A stretch of 64,000 nt of DNA from positions 22,382,001 through 22,446,000 of the forward strand of contig NC_083227.1 of the NCBI RefSeq assembly GCF_032191835.1, in the 5' to 3' direction. The notes under the pieces were generated by a model. That model was not told the origin of the DNA, made no database searches, and was given only the letters and a program-made list of their open reading frames with translations. A program made the translations under genes and the position numbers. Below are positions 13,040 through 24,884 of the stretch, piece by piece. The stretch comes from Heteronotia binoei (lineage: Eukaryota). Every line of letters begins with the position of its first letter. Position 1 is the stretch's first letter.

Positions 13040-13300
13040 AGAGACTTTTAACTCACGTTTCAGAGCTGTAGGAAAAGACTTCTTAAGAACGCTCCAAAAA
13101 AAAAACACTCCCTGGGAAAATGCAGCAAACAAGCGATCCTCCCGGTTAGGAGGAAGGAGCAAGACAAATCTCTTTCCTCTCCCACCCCCCTTTCTTATTT
13201 TTTTCCCCACATTTCCGGGGCCTGTCTAAGCATCGGGTCTCTCTATTCATTTAACTCTTTAAAGCTCAACCCGAGTGCAAGAGCTCTGGATGGGTGAGCT
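13040..13300 (-). promoter_or_regulatory. Candidate promoter / exon 1 of gene 1
   Basis: Non-repeat stretch retaining several CpGs, with an ETS-like CCGGAAAT and a minus-strand donor AAC|GTGAGT at 13057/13056. Confidence 0.3.
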
Positions 13301-14626
13301 GCGAGTAGCTTTGTTATAATCAGCAAGTAGGGTTGCTAGTGCCCCCCCCCCACCCGGCAACCGGCAGGAAATGGGGCACAAGAGGGTTGCCAGATCCAGA
13401 TTGGGAAATTCCTGGAGATTTGAGGACGGAGCCTGTACAATGCCATAAAGCCCACCCTTCAGAGCAGCCATTTTCTCCGGGGGAACTGATTTCTGGAGTC
13501 TAAAGATGAGCTGTACTTCCACGGGATTCTCCAGGTCCCATCTGGAGGATGGCATCCCAATTGCCAACCCATCTAGCTATAGATACACATATACACAAGA
13601 AGCTGTCATAGGAATCAGGCCCTTGGTCGACCAATGTCCATCTTATCTATTTAGACTGGCAGCATCTTTCCAGGATCTCAGGTAGAGGTTTTGTGTATCA
13701 TCTGATTCTTTTCACTGGAGATGTTGGGGATTGAACCAGGGGCTTCCTGCATGCAAAGCAGAGGCTCCTCCATTGAACCTCAGTCCCTCAGTATCAGGGG
13801 AAATACTGCTTTGAAACACATGGGGCTGCGATCAGTTTTAGAGAGTCACGCAGCTCAGTCTACTTGGGGGCCCTTATTGCTAACCTCCAGGTGGAGATCC
13901 GCTAGCTGGTCTCCAGATGACAGAGATAAGTTCCCTTGGAGAAAATGAGCTACTTTGGAGGGGGGGGGGGAACTCTATGGCATTGTAGGTCCCTCTGCTC
14001 CCCAAACCCCGCCCTTTCCACAGTCCCTCAGAGACGGTAGATTTTGGGGATGAGGGAAAAGCTGACTTGATCAGATGCCCCTTAAGAGGGAAAAGAAACC
14101 ACTGTCACAAACAAATCCCTGCCGTCAAATTTATGTGAAAGTTCTGGTTGCTGATGGGCCTGGAGAAAAGTGTACTTTGATGAGGGTCAGTGTGTGAAAG
14201 CAAACAGGTAAGGGCTTTTCAGGGCATGGTGGGCAAAAGCATCATCTGGTTGATAATACCCTATTAAACCCCTATTGCAGAGGCAGCACATTTTCCTTCA
14301 GACCTGTTGCCAACCTATAACTGACACGTCATGCGTATGATCAGTGGGCTGTGTGAAAAATCTGTTGCCCTTTAAGGTGATCCAGGGACCAAAAGCCAAG
14401 AGAAGCTTTGTGTGAATCCAACATGGTCATAATGAGTTCCTTGGAAGGTTTAGTCCACGCTCAGAACACACAACCTTTAAGTCTTTGTGTAACCCCCTGA
14501 GGCGCAAGAGAAGAGTGCATATGTATCTTAGATCTATCTTTTACTTTTAAAATCTCACTTTTCCTCCAAAACTCTTTGGCTGTTATTTACAGACCTAGAC
14601 TGTGTCAGATACTGGGTCCATTAAGG

Positions 14627-15110
14627 CCGGGGTCCCCAACCCCCGGTCCATGGACTGGTCCCAGTCTGCGGCCTGTTAGCAACCGGGCCGTGAATTGTAT
14701 AATTACTTCATTATATATTACAGTGTAGTAAGAAGACGACGACATTGGATTTACATTCCACTCTCCACTCCAAATTTCAGTCTCAGAGCAGCTCACAATC
14801 TCCTTTCCCTTCTTCCCCCACAACAGACACCTTATGAGGTAGGTGGGGCTGAGAGAGCTCTCCTAGAAGCTGCCCTTTCAAGGACAACTCCTAGGAGAGT
14901 TATGGCTAACCCAGAGCCATTCCAGCAGCTGCAAACAGAGGAGTGGGAAATCAAACATGGTTCTCCCAAATAAGAGCATGCATACTTAACCACCACACCA
15001 AACTAATAGAAATTGTATCATCCCGAAACTTTCCCCCACGCCCTCCGGGCCCTGGAAGAATTGTCTTCCACAAAACTGGTGCCTGGTGCCAAAAAGCTTG
15101 GGGACCGCTG
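14627..15110. mobile_element. MER1/Charlie3-like hAT non-autonomous element with a nested SINE
   Basis: Termini (C)CGGGGTCCCCAAC...TTGGGGACCGCTG and a perfect 8-bp TSD CATTAAGG. Confidence 0.7.
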
Positions 15111-16850
15111 CATTAAGGTATCTGAAGAAGAATTGCAGATTTATACCCCGCCCTTCTCTCTGAATAAGAGACTCAGAGCAGCTTACAATCTCCTATATCT
15201 TTTCCCCCAACAGACAACCTGTGAGGATTGGGCTGAGAGGGCTCTCACAGCAGCTGCCCTTTCAAGGACAACTTCTGCTAGAGCAATAGCTGACCCAAGG
15301 CCATTCCAGCAGGTGCAAGTGGAGGAGCGGGGAATCAAACCTGGTTCTCCCAGATAAGAGTCCATGCACTTAACCACTACACCAAACTGGCTCTCCACAG
15401 CTCCTCCCCTACCACAAATTTTATTAGTCTTTAAGGTGCTCCTGGACTCTTGCTCTTTTCTATTGGTCCATTAAGGTCTATATTGTCTGTTCTGATTGGC
15501 AGTGGTTCTTAGACCCAAGTTAATAGATATTATCCAAGAACAACAAGCAGATCCCCTGTGCTGGAAAGAAGAGAATATCAGATGCTGGAGAACAAACAAT
15601 TAGTGGAGAGGGAGAGCTGTTGCTTACCTGTCTTGTGTGTGGGTGGGTGCTTTCCTGCCAGTATTGGTTGGAGGAGGAGGAAGAGTTGGTTTTCTACACT
15701 GCCCTTCACTACCTGAAGGAGTCTTGGAGCAGCTTGCAATCACCTTCCCTTCCCCTCCCCACAACAGACACCCTAGAGTCATAGACTTGGAAGGGATCTC
15801 CAGGGTCATCTAGCCTAACCCCCTGCACAATGCAGGAAACTCACAAATACCTTCCCTCCCACACCCCCAGTGACACCAAGCCCAGGAGATGGCTGTGACG
15901 TGTGTGGGGCTGAGAGAGCTGGGACTGGCCCAAGATCACCCAAATGGCTACATGTGGGGGAGGAGTCAAGAATCAAACCTGGTTCTCCAGATTACAGTCT
16001 GCTGCTCTTAACCACGACACCACAGCTGAATTTCTGGCCAAACTTGCTTAATGGAAGAGCCATATAGAATAAATGTCAGATGCCTGAGAGCCGCAAGACA
16101 TGAATGTCAGATGTTTGAGGATGGGCAGGCAGAAAAATAGATTGGGAAGGGAGAGGTGGAAAGAAAGCAACTTTAAATGCATTCTCCAGCTGGTTTGACT
16201 TGGAGAAGTGATTTAAAGAGAGAAATGCATTTTCCGAGTCGGCCAACAGGGCAGTAGGGGCTTAGAGAGCCCCACAATATATGTGAAACAAACATGTGGC
16301 TCCCGAGTCGCAGTTTGGCCACCCCTGCTCTAGGTTGAAAGGTACAGAGGGTAGCCGTGTCAATCTGCAGGAGAACAGCTATATCTGAGTCCAGAAGCAA
16401 CTCAGAGACCAACAAGAGCGTAAGTTGGAGCATAAGCTTTCAAGAACCAACGTTTGAATCTAGCTGTTCCTGCTTGACAGGCCTTTTTCCATTTGAATTT
16501 TGTGCATGTAAAAAATGAGGCATTTACTTGGGCTAGAGTTGGTTTGTTCATGTAAGGGTCCTCCAGCTTGTAGCTTTGAGAAAATAAATTTTACAAAAGA
16601 AATAAAAGAGAGCTAAATTGAATAAAGACAAGCCCTTTCAAGGAGAGAAGCCTTTATTGAAAAGCAGGCAACAACCTTCGTCTTGCAAGCTGAGTTGGTG
16701 ATTGCCTCAGACAGCTGGAGTGAAAGGGCTGTATAGGTCCTGCATTTTTGTTTTATTGTATTCTTCTACCCTTCAATTATCAACCAAGCCCCATCAATGT
16801 AACAGTCTAACAGCAGCTATTATCATAATACCATCCCCATAATCTAGCAC

Positions 16851-17045
16851 CAGTGTTCCCTCTAAACTGAGTTAATGTGAGCTAGCTCACAGGTTTTTTA
16901 GCCTCTGGCTCACACATTTTTGTCTTAGCTCAGGAGAAATGGCCCCGGAGCAAAGTAAGGTATGCAGGAGCTCACAACTTTAATGCCAGTAGTTCACAAA
17001 GTAAAATTTTCGCTCTCAAGACTCCACAGCTTAGTGGGAGTATTG
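16851..17045. mobile_element. hAT MITE with CAGTGTTCCCTCT termini
   Basis: Perfect TSD TCTAGCAC. Other copies at ~3607-3800, 4292-4572, 12770-12976, 19229-19424, 20065-20253, 22056-22246, 37676-37891, 53637-53805 and 58790-58975. Confidence 0.85.
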
Positions 17046-17514
17046 TCTAGCACCGATGCATCTCTTTTTCACTTCAAAAATATTATCATGGTACAATCCA
17101 GACAACAATCCTGTAAGGTAGACCAGTATTATCATACCACAGATGCCAAAGGGGACTGGCTTAAATAGGACCACCTAGTCAGTTTGTAGGAAAAATGAGA
17201 TTTGAACCAGGGACCACCTGGATCACAGCGCATTCTCTTGACCACCATGCCACATCAGCTCCCTAGGAAAAAAGAAGGATATGGACATATTTAGGTATTT
17301 ATATCCTCCTTTTCTCTCCAGTGGGCACCCAAAGAGGGTTTCATTGTTCTCTCTTCGATTAATCCTCACAACAACCCAGTGAGGTAGGTGAGGCCAAAAC
17401 TGGCCCAAGATCACCCAGCGAACTCCCATGGCCGAGTGGGGATTCAGTTCCAGGCTTCCCAAATCCTCTTCCAGCTCTTTAACCATGAAATCTGTGCTGT
17501 GACATTGTTCCCAG

Positions 17515-17707
17515 CAGGGCTTTTTTTTGTAGCAGGAATTCCTTTGCCTATTAGGCCACCCCCCCCCCGCCACCACCCATGTAGCCAATCCCCCTGCAGC
17601 TTACAGTAGACCATGTAAGAAGAGCCCTGTAAGCTCATGGAGGATTGGCTACATCAGGGGTGTGTGGCCTAATACGCAAAGGAGTTCCTGCTACAAAAAA
17701 AGCCCTG
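17515..17707. mobile_element. Palindromic hAT MITE, same family
   Basis: Perfect TSD GTTCCCAG. Other copies at ~7112-7282, 7987-8168, 11143-11324, 11718-11888, 33541-33710, 35244-35425, 37912-38088, 40803-40925, 48240-48424, 50214-50395 and 55365-55465. Confidence 0.85.
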
Positions 17708-18373
17708 GTTCCCAGACTTTCAAGATATCAGTTGAAATGAAATCAAAATGAAATAAACAGAAAATCATGTTAAGGGACGCAGAACATCCTTGTGAGGGAA
17801 CTGGGAAAAGAGGCTACTCTGACGGCAGCGTGTCCAATCATGCTTTTGTACAGAAGTCCTGCAGCCCAAGCTGTGGCTGTTTAAACCATTTTGTTCCCAC
17901 ACCTTCCCGGTCTGGTCTACTTAACTCCCTGGCTTTCATTCCTGATCTCCAAAAACCTCCTGTCGATGCCCACTCTGATGTTTTCTGACCAGCCACACCA
18001 ACAGTGGGAGGGCTTCTAGTGTCCTGGCCCCACTGGTGGACCACCTGATGGCACCTGACTTTTTTGGCCAGTGTGCGACACAGAGTGTTGGACTGGATGG
18101 GCCGTTGGCCTGATCCAACATGGCTTCTCTTATGTTCTCATGTTCTTAACTTCCCCCTGTAGCAGACCTACATTACCACTGGTGCAGCTAAACCATGCAG
18201 GTTGAATGCCTGCGCACATTCCGTGCCATCCCATCCGATTCCAGCCACACCAGCTTTCCCTTTAATAGACCTGTGCTACTGTGCCATCCCTATCGGTTTG
18301 TGCAGCTCGGCTTTGGATTCAGAACCAGCTGGGCCCGACGGATGAGATGCAGACATGGCCGCTTCCCCCCGGC

Positions 18374-19113
18374 CTATGACAGGTTCTCTCGCGTGTGGAT
18401 CTTCTTGTGTTTCGTAAGTGCTGGCCTCTCCCGGAAACTCCTCTCGCACACCAAACACTTGTAAGGTTTCTCTCCTGTGTGGATGCGCAGGTGAGCCATG
18501 AGCAGCGCCGTGCGTGTGAAGCTTTTCCCACAGATCGAGCAGGTGTAGGGCTTCTCCCCCGTGTGGACCCGCCGGTGAACGATGAGGTTCGAGTGCTGGC
18601 TGAACCCCTTCCCGCAGTCTGAGCAAGTGTAGGGCTTCTCACCGGTGTGGGACCTCACATGGTCTGTCAGGGCGGAGCTGCGGTGGAAGCTCTTCCCGCA
18701 CTCGAGGCACTTGTAGGGCTTCTCGCCCAGGTGGATCTTTTCATGTTGGTGCAGGCCGGAACTCCAAATGAAGCTCTTGTGGCAGAAGGAACACGAGTAG
18801 GCTTTCTCTCCTGTGTGGATTCTCTGGTGCCCGAGAAGGCAGGAGCCCTGGGTGAAGCTTTTCCCACAATCCAGGCACTTGTATGGCTTCTCCCCTGTAT
18901 GGATTCTCAAGTGCCTGTTGAGGTGCGAGAGCTGGTGGAAACGTTTCCCGCACTCCACGCACTTGTGCGATTTCAGGCCAGGGGGAGTTTTTTCGCAGGC
19001 GCTAATGTCAGAACGCAAACCAAAGGCTCCCCTGCAATCTTCTGACGTTTCCTTTTTCTTAGGGCTATCCAGCTGAGAAAGAGCTGAGTTTTTCCTGGTC
19101 GGCACCTCGCTGT
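18374..19113 (-). CDS. Gene 2, terminal exon: 7 C2H2 fingers
   Basis: Seven canonical fingers with HTGEKPY-type linkers. Phase-1 acceptor ttctcttatcgttcctgcag|AC. Confidence 0.9.
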
Positions 19114-19636
19114 CTGCAGGAACGATAAGAGAATTAGCACTTGAAGGAAGTTTCAGCTGGAACTGACCCAATTTTAATTTTTAGTTAACTTAAGCAGGGA
19201 ATAAAAACCAAGTTTTAAATCTGTGTACCAATGTTCCCTCTAAGCTGCAAAGTCTTGTGAGCAAAAATTCTTGTTTTGTGAGCTACTGGCATTAAAGCTG
19301 TGAGCTACTGCATAAGTTAGTGTGCTCTGGGGGTCACCCTTCCTGAGCGAAGGCAAAAATCTGTGAGCTGGAGGCTAAAAATCTGTGAGCTAGCTCACGC
19401 TCACTCAGCGTAGAGGGAACACTGCTGTGTGCAAACTTCCCTCTCTCCCAGAGGAGGGGGTACATTTTCTTGTTGCAGAGTGAGCTTTTCACTTCTCTCT
19501 CTTTTTGGCTCTCTACTATCATGTGTTTAAAAAACAAACAAACATCCAGGCAAGGTGGAGGGATTGTCTATCCCTCATGCCAATCATAAGGTCACCTCCT
19601 TCCCACATTTCCATCTGGCTGTGCAGGTTGTGAATT

Positions 19637-20064
19637 GCCACAAGGGACAATCAATCAGTGCTCTGAACAGCCAGATGGGAGGCGGCAGGGTGATGGCTTC
19701 ATGACTGTCACAAGGAACAGTTAATCAGCACTCTGAGCAGCTAGATAGGGAGGTGGGAAGGAGGTGGTTTCATGATTGTCACGAGAGACAGTCCATCAGT
19801 GCTCTGCACAGCCAGACAGGAGGAGGGAAGGAGATGGCTTCATAACTGTCATGAGGGACAGCCAGTCAGCACTCAGAACAACCGGATTGGAGGTGGGAAA
19901 GAGATGGCGTCAAGATTTTCACAAGGGAGAAACAGTCTGCATTCTGCACAGCCAGACAGGGAGTTGGGAGGAACGTCTTCCTGACTGTCACAAGAGACTG
20001 TCAATCAGGACTCTGCACAGCCACATGGAGAGGGGGAGAGAGTCAGCTTCATGATTGTCACAAG
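19637..20064. repeat. Diverged ~70-bp tandem repeat, 6 units
   Basis: gtcacaag-type anchors at 19637, 19707, 19778, 19848, 19918, 19987 and 20057. Confidence 0.8.
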
Positions 20065-20321
20065 TAGTGTTCCCTCTAAGCTGAGTGTGAGCTAACTCAC
20101 AGTTTTTTAGCCTCCGGCTCACACATTTGTCTTGGCTCAGGAAAAATGGCCCCAGAGCACACTAATTTATGCAGTAGCTCACAGCTTTAATGCCAGTAGC
20201 TCACAATGCAGATTTTTTTTCTCACAAGACTCCACAGCTTAGAGGAAGCACTCTTGTACAGCTGATTAATTCCTTCATAATATCATAGGTTTCATAGGAT
20301 GCCCTAGAGTTCTAATATTTT

Positions 20322-20725
20322 GATCCTTAGGCAAGTAGACAGCTGGGTGGCGAAACCGCGTACTGACCGTATGGTGACTTGCCTGCCTGGTGCAAAGGTA
20401 GCGGACATTACGCGTGTAGTAGATAGGCTGATAGACAGTGCTGGGGAGGAGCCTGTGGTCGTGGTGCATGTTGGCACCAACGATGTGGGGAAATGCAGTC
20501 GTGAGGTCCTGGAGGAAAAATTTAGGCTGCTAGGTGGGAGACTTAAGGCCAGGACCTCCAAGGTAGCCTTCTCGGAAGTCCTACCTGTTCCACGTGCAGG
20601 GCAGGAAAGACAGGCACAAATTAGAAGTCTCAATGTGTGGATGAGACGATGGTGTAAGGAGGAAGGGTTTAAGTTTGTTAGGCACTGGGATGCTTTCTGG
20701 AACAAGCGGGAGCTGTACAAGAGAG
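20322..20725 (+). mobile_element. CR1 LINE ORF1 fragment (SGNH esterase domain) within a composite insertion
   Basis: Translates to ILRQVDSW..CLPGAKVADIT..VVVHVGTND.., without stops. Starts just after where the GDS motif is expected. Confidence 0.85.
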
Positions 20726-21039
20726 CTGATTTAAAGGAGCTGTACAAGAGAGCTGTACAAGAGAGATGATTTAAGCTGATTAATTCCTTCATAATATCAT
20801 TTTTCTAAGTCTGTTATGATTCTGGCTTACCTGAAGAGGGACAGAAGTAAAAATTGCGTTGTGAAGTATTTAATATAAACTGCAGAGTAAAATGATTATT
20901 ATTTTATTAACTGATATTATTTATTGTCCATCTGAGGCATGCCCTTTGTGGTCCTGCGATACGTGCTGTGCAGGGATGACATATATATCTTTTCAAATAA
21001 AATACAAACAAAGAAGTCAGAAGCGCAGCAAAGCCTTAC

Positions 21040-21151
21040 CCGGTAAAGTGGGATCCGCACTGCTCTCCTGCCTCCCCCTTTTGGAGCTGCCAAGTGGAGC
21101 AGACTTCGTTTTGGAGGAGTACAGGCCCACCTCCGCCAACAGTCCAGAGAC
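21040..21151 (-). CDS. Gene 2, linker exon (VSGLLAEVGLYSSK...ADPTLP; phase 0 to 1)
   Basis: Acceptor ttttcattctgtctcag|GTC and donor CCGG|gtaagg. 112 nt, open, in frame with both flanking exons. Confidence 0.75.
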
Positions 21152-21622
21152 CTGAGACAGAATGAAAATTTGGATCAGGACCCAATCGGGGTGGGCGTCA
21201 CATTGGATGGCAGTGAAACAGAAGGTCTAGGGTTGCCAACCCCAATTCAAGAAATATCTGGGGGTGGGCCAATGTCTCCAGATATTTATTGAATTGGACT
21301 TGGCAACCCTACCTCAAAAAACAGCCCCCCCCCCAGATACCCACAGATCAGTTATCTTATTATATCCTATGGGAATCGGTCTCCATAGGGTATAATGGAA
21401 TGCCCAGCAGACATTTTCCTCCCTCCTCCACTTTCTGATGACCCTGAAGCGGGGGGAAGGCCTCCATACTGGGGGATCCCCTGCCCCCACCTGGGGATTG
21501 GCAACCCTAGGAAGGTCTCCAGTTCAACCCCTGGCATATGGAGGTCTCTCCCATATGACACTGTCCATCAATGACTTCCCACCCCCCTCCTCCAGTCAGC
21601 TCCTGTTTGCTGAACCACTCAC

Positions 21623-21732
21623 ACTGAAGTGTTTTATCTTCCTCTGTCTGAGGCCTGGAGTTTCTCTCTGACCAGGTGGAATGGCTTCCACTGGAGCAGA
21701 CTGGGGAGTGCTCTCTCTCTGTTCCTCTTCCT
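21623..21732 (-). CDS. Possible extra exon of gene 2 (phase 1 to 0; EEEQRESTPQSAPVEAIPP...)
   Basis: Pyrimidine tract + AG and a strong donor AGT|GTGAGT. Open in phase 1, but that phase does not match the SCAN exon donor. Confidence 0.3.
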
Positions 21733-21759
21733 CTTTTTTAAAGGAAAAGTAAAGCATAG

Positions 21760-22530
21760 GAAGGCAACCAAAGTAATTAGGAGGTTGGAGCACCTTCCCA
21801 AGGAGGAGAAGTAGAAGAGTCAGGGACTTTTCAGTTTAGAAAAGAGATGTCTAAAGGGGGGGGGGGGGCATGATAGAGGTTCAAAAATTATGCATGGGAT
21901 GGAGAGAGATGACAAAGAGAAATTTTTCTCCCTCTCTCAAAATATTAGAACTCTAGGGCATCCTATGAAACCTATGGGCAGGAGGTTCGTGACAGACAAA
22001 AGAAAACACTACTTTAAATGGAGACTGATTACAATGTGGCATTTGTTACCGGAGGCAGTGTTCCCTCTGAGTTAGTGTGAGCTAGTTCACAGTTTTTTAG
22101 TCTCCAGCTCGCACATTTTTATCTTAGCTCAGGAAGACTGACTCCAGAGCACACTAATTTATGCAGTAGCTCACAACTTTAATGCCGGTGGCTCACAAAG
22201 TAGAATTTTTGCTCACAAAGACTCTGTGGCTTAGAGGGAATATTGGCTGGAGGATGGAGTGAAGGCCTCAGGAATGAACAGCTTTCTAAGGGAATTAGAT
22301 AAGACTCATGGAGGATAAGCCTATCAATGGCTACTAGCTACAGTGACTGAGGGGAACAGCCACGTTCACAGGCACTAATCTGAATCCCAGAACCAGGAGG
22401 CAACCACAGGGGAAGGCCTCGGCCTCTACGCCCTGTTTTTAGTTCTCCAGAGAAACTGGTTGGCCACACTATGTGAGGCAAGACGCTGCACTGGATGGAC
22501 CACTGGTCTGAGCAGGGCTCTTATGTTCTT
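21760..22530 (+). mobile_element. CR1 ORF2 3' fragment interrupted by a MITE (22056-22246)
   Basis: Encodes degenerate GLFSLEKR.L.G.MIEV.KIMHGMER..; RFVTDKRKHYF. Confidence 0.75.
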
Positions 22531-22574
22531 AAAGCAGTTTTATTTTGGACAGCTTTTCAGTGTTCATCTAGATC

Positions 22575-22709
22575 AGGGGTGGCCAACGGTAGCTCTCCAG
22601 ATGTTTTTTGCCTACAACTCTCATCAGCCCCAGCCAGAACAGCCAATGGCTGGGGCTGATGGGAGTTGTAGGCAAAAAACACCTGGAGAGCTACCGTTGG
22701 CCACCCCTG
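22575..22709. mobile_element. Young palindromic Charlie-type hAT MITE (CAGGGGTGGCCAACGG)
   Basis: Hairpin structure. TSD atctagat/gtctagat fits the Charlie NTCTAGAN target. Near-identical copies at ~62667-62801 and 63838-63954. Confidence 0.85.
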
Positions 22710-23056
22710 GTCTAGATTTAAGCCCAGGAGCATCTTAGAGACCAAGAGTTTTGGGGTATAAGCTTCTGAGACTCAAAGAACATAAGAGAAGCCATGTTGG
22801 ATCAGGCCAGTGGACCCTCAGTCAAGCTTTTATGCAGAAAGAAGCAAGAGGGGGAGAAGGAAGATGACAGCCAGTTGCTCAGGGGCCTGATTCGTCCCCC
22901 GGACCACATGTTTGACACCCCTGATTTAGATGGTGGCCACAATCCTCCCAGCTTCTCCTCAACCAGTTATCCATTTGTGTGTGTGTTTAAGCTCCAGAAG
23001 TTTTTTCTAAATGGGTAGTGGGGTGGGCAGATGAGGCAGGGAAGTCAGATCCTCAC

Positions 23057-23890
23057 CACTTTCTCCATATGTTGTAAGGGCAACAGAGACTCATAGTGCC
23101 CCTCGCCTTCCACAAGAGGCTCAGAGAGATCACAGTCCAGCCTCAGGGGCTCTTCCTGCCGCTGCAAGAAGTCTTCAGCCAAGGCCACCGCCTGAGCACA
23201 AGTCTCAGGGCCGCCTTCCTTGACCCAGTTCTGGATTTCTGGGGGCAGGATAGTCAGGAACTGCTCCAGGATCAGCAGCTCCAGGATCTGCTCCTTGGTC
23301 CTTCTCTCGGGCTTCAGCCACTGATAGCAAAGGAACCACAGGCGACTGCACACCTCCCGTGGACCCTCAGTCTCCAGGTAGCAGAACTGCCGGAAGCGCT
23401 GGCGGCAAACCTCCACACTGACGGTCTCTTCCTCACCTGTCTCATCTTTGGCAAACACCCTGATGTCTGTCTCTGGGCCAGACAGGAGCTCGGCCAGGCG
23501 TTCACCTGTCGGCTGGTGGCTGGAGTTAGTGGCTCCTTCAAAGGGTGGCAGGAAAGGTCCAGCTTTGTCCCATGGGGAGGGCTCTGTGATTTGTGGGTTC
23601 CCCCATCCCACATGAAAGGATTGCAGCTCCTTCGAGAAATCCCGCCACCGGGTTTCCCAAGATTGTGTCAACCTCTCGTCAGCTTCCTCTTTGATTTGTG
23701 GAGGTGTCAGTTTATCTGGAAATTCCTCCATATTCCCACTCTGGATGCTGCAAGGAGTTTCTTTCACTCCTTCAGCTTCTTCTTCTGGTTTGGGACTTAC
23801 CAAGCCTTGTTCTTCTGTTTGCCCTCTAGGCTGGAGTCTGGCTTGGAACAGCAAAAATGAATTTCCCACAGTCTCTTGCTTGGCAGCCAT
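23057..23890 (-). CDS. Gene 2, first coding exon: N-terminal extension + SCAN domain (278 aa)
   Basis: SCAN motif [54 protein letters not shown]. Phase-0 donor GTG|GTGAGG. Confidence 0.9.
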
Positions 23891-24595
23891 TTTGTCTCTC
23901 AGGCTCAGGGCAGCCTAGTTGTAGCGAAAGGCCTCAATCTCCATTGGCATTGGTCCCTGTCTCTCGACCTTTGGGGACAATTTTCTTCTGAGCCTTTTCC
24001 TCAAACCCTCATGGAAGCTGGACTTCCAGCCAGGGTTCAAGTCTTCTCAAAGCTATTCCACAGAAGTGCAATGTTTAAATAAAACAGGCATTACACAGGT
24101 GGCAGCAGACTTGCGTGAGGGACGTCACCCTGCAGGGAAGAGATATACAAAACAATGACATCAAACATATAGAAACAAAGTCTTAGAGAAACGGGTGCTG
24201 AAAAAAAAATCCTGGATTTGGCAACAGGCCAGGACATAAGCCTAATTCTTCTGCCCCCCCCCATCCAATTTTTCATGCCATGGGGGAAAATTGTATTTTG
24301 TTCCTTAAATGATAAAAAGAGAGCCTATATATTACTTTAGCTCATTTTAGTACATCCTTTTTTCAAGAAGCTCTGACTGTCATACATGGTTCTTCCTTTC
24401 CCCTTTCCATCTTCACAACAGTCCTATGAGGTAGGTTAGGCTATGTGGCCCCAAGGGTAGCCAGCATTCTTTGTGGATGGGTAGACTTTGGGAGGGCTTC
24501 TGGAGTTCTGGTGGACCTCCTAATGACCCTTGTGTTTTGGCTGCTGCGTGACACAGAGAGTTGGACTAGATGGACCACTGGCCTGATCCAACATG

Positions 24596-24884
24596 GAGAG
24601 CCAGTTTGGTGTAGTGGTTAAGTGTGCGGACTCTTATCTGGGAGAACCGGGTTTGATTCCCCACTCCTCCACTTGCACCTGCTGGCATGGCCTTGGGTCA
24701 GCCATAGCTTTGACAGAGGTTGTCCTTGAAAGGGCAGCTGCTGTGAGAGCCCTCTCCAGCCCCACCCACCTCACAGGGTGTCTGTTGTGGGGGAGGAAGG
24801 TAAAGGAGATTGTGAGCCGCTCTGAGACTCTTCGGAGTGGAGGGCGGGATATAAATCCAATATCTTCTTCATCTTCATCTTCTT
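24596..24884 (+). mobile_element. Full-length Squam3-like SINE inserted in a CR1 tail
   Basis: A-box TGGTGTAGTGG, B-box GGTTTGATTCC and (TTC)n tail. The host CR1 resumes as cttctcttatgttctt. Confidence 0.85.

Noticed and set aside
18276-19076. Overlapping alternative-frame and antisense ORFs on finger exons (also 1652-2435, 39212-39702, 23096-23860)
   Set aside because: Shadow ORFs produced by the codon periodicity and GC richness of the real coding frame; no independent domain signal.
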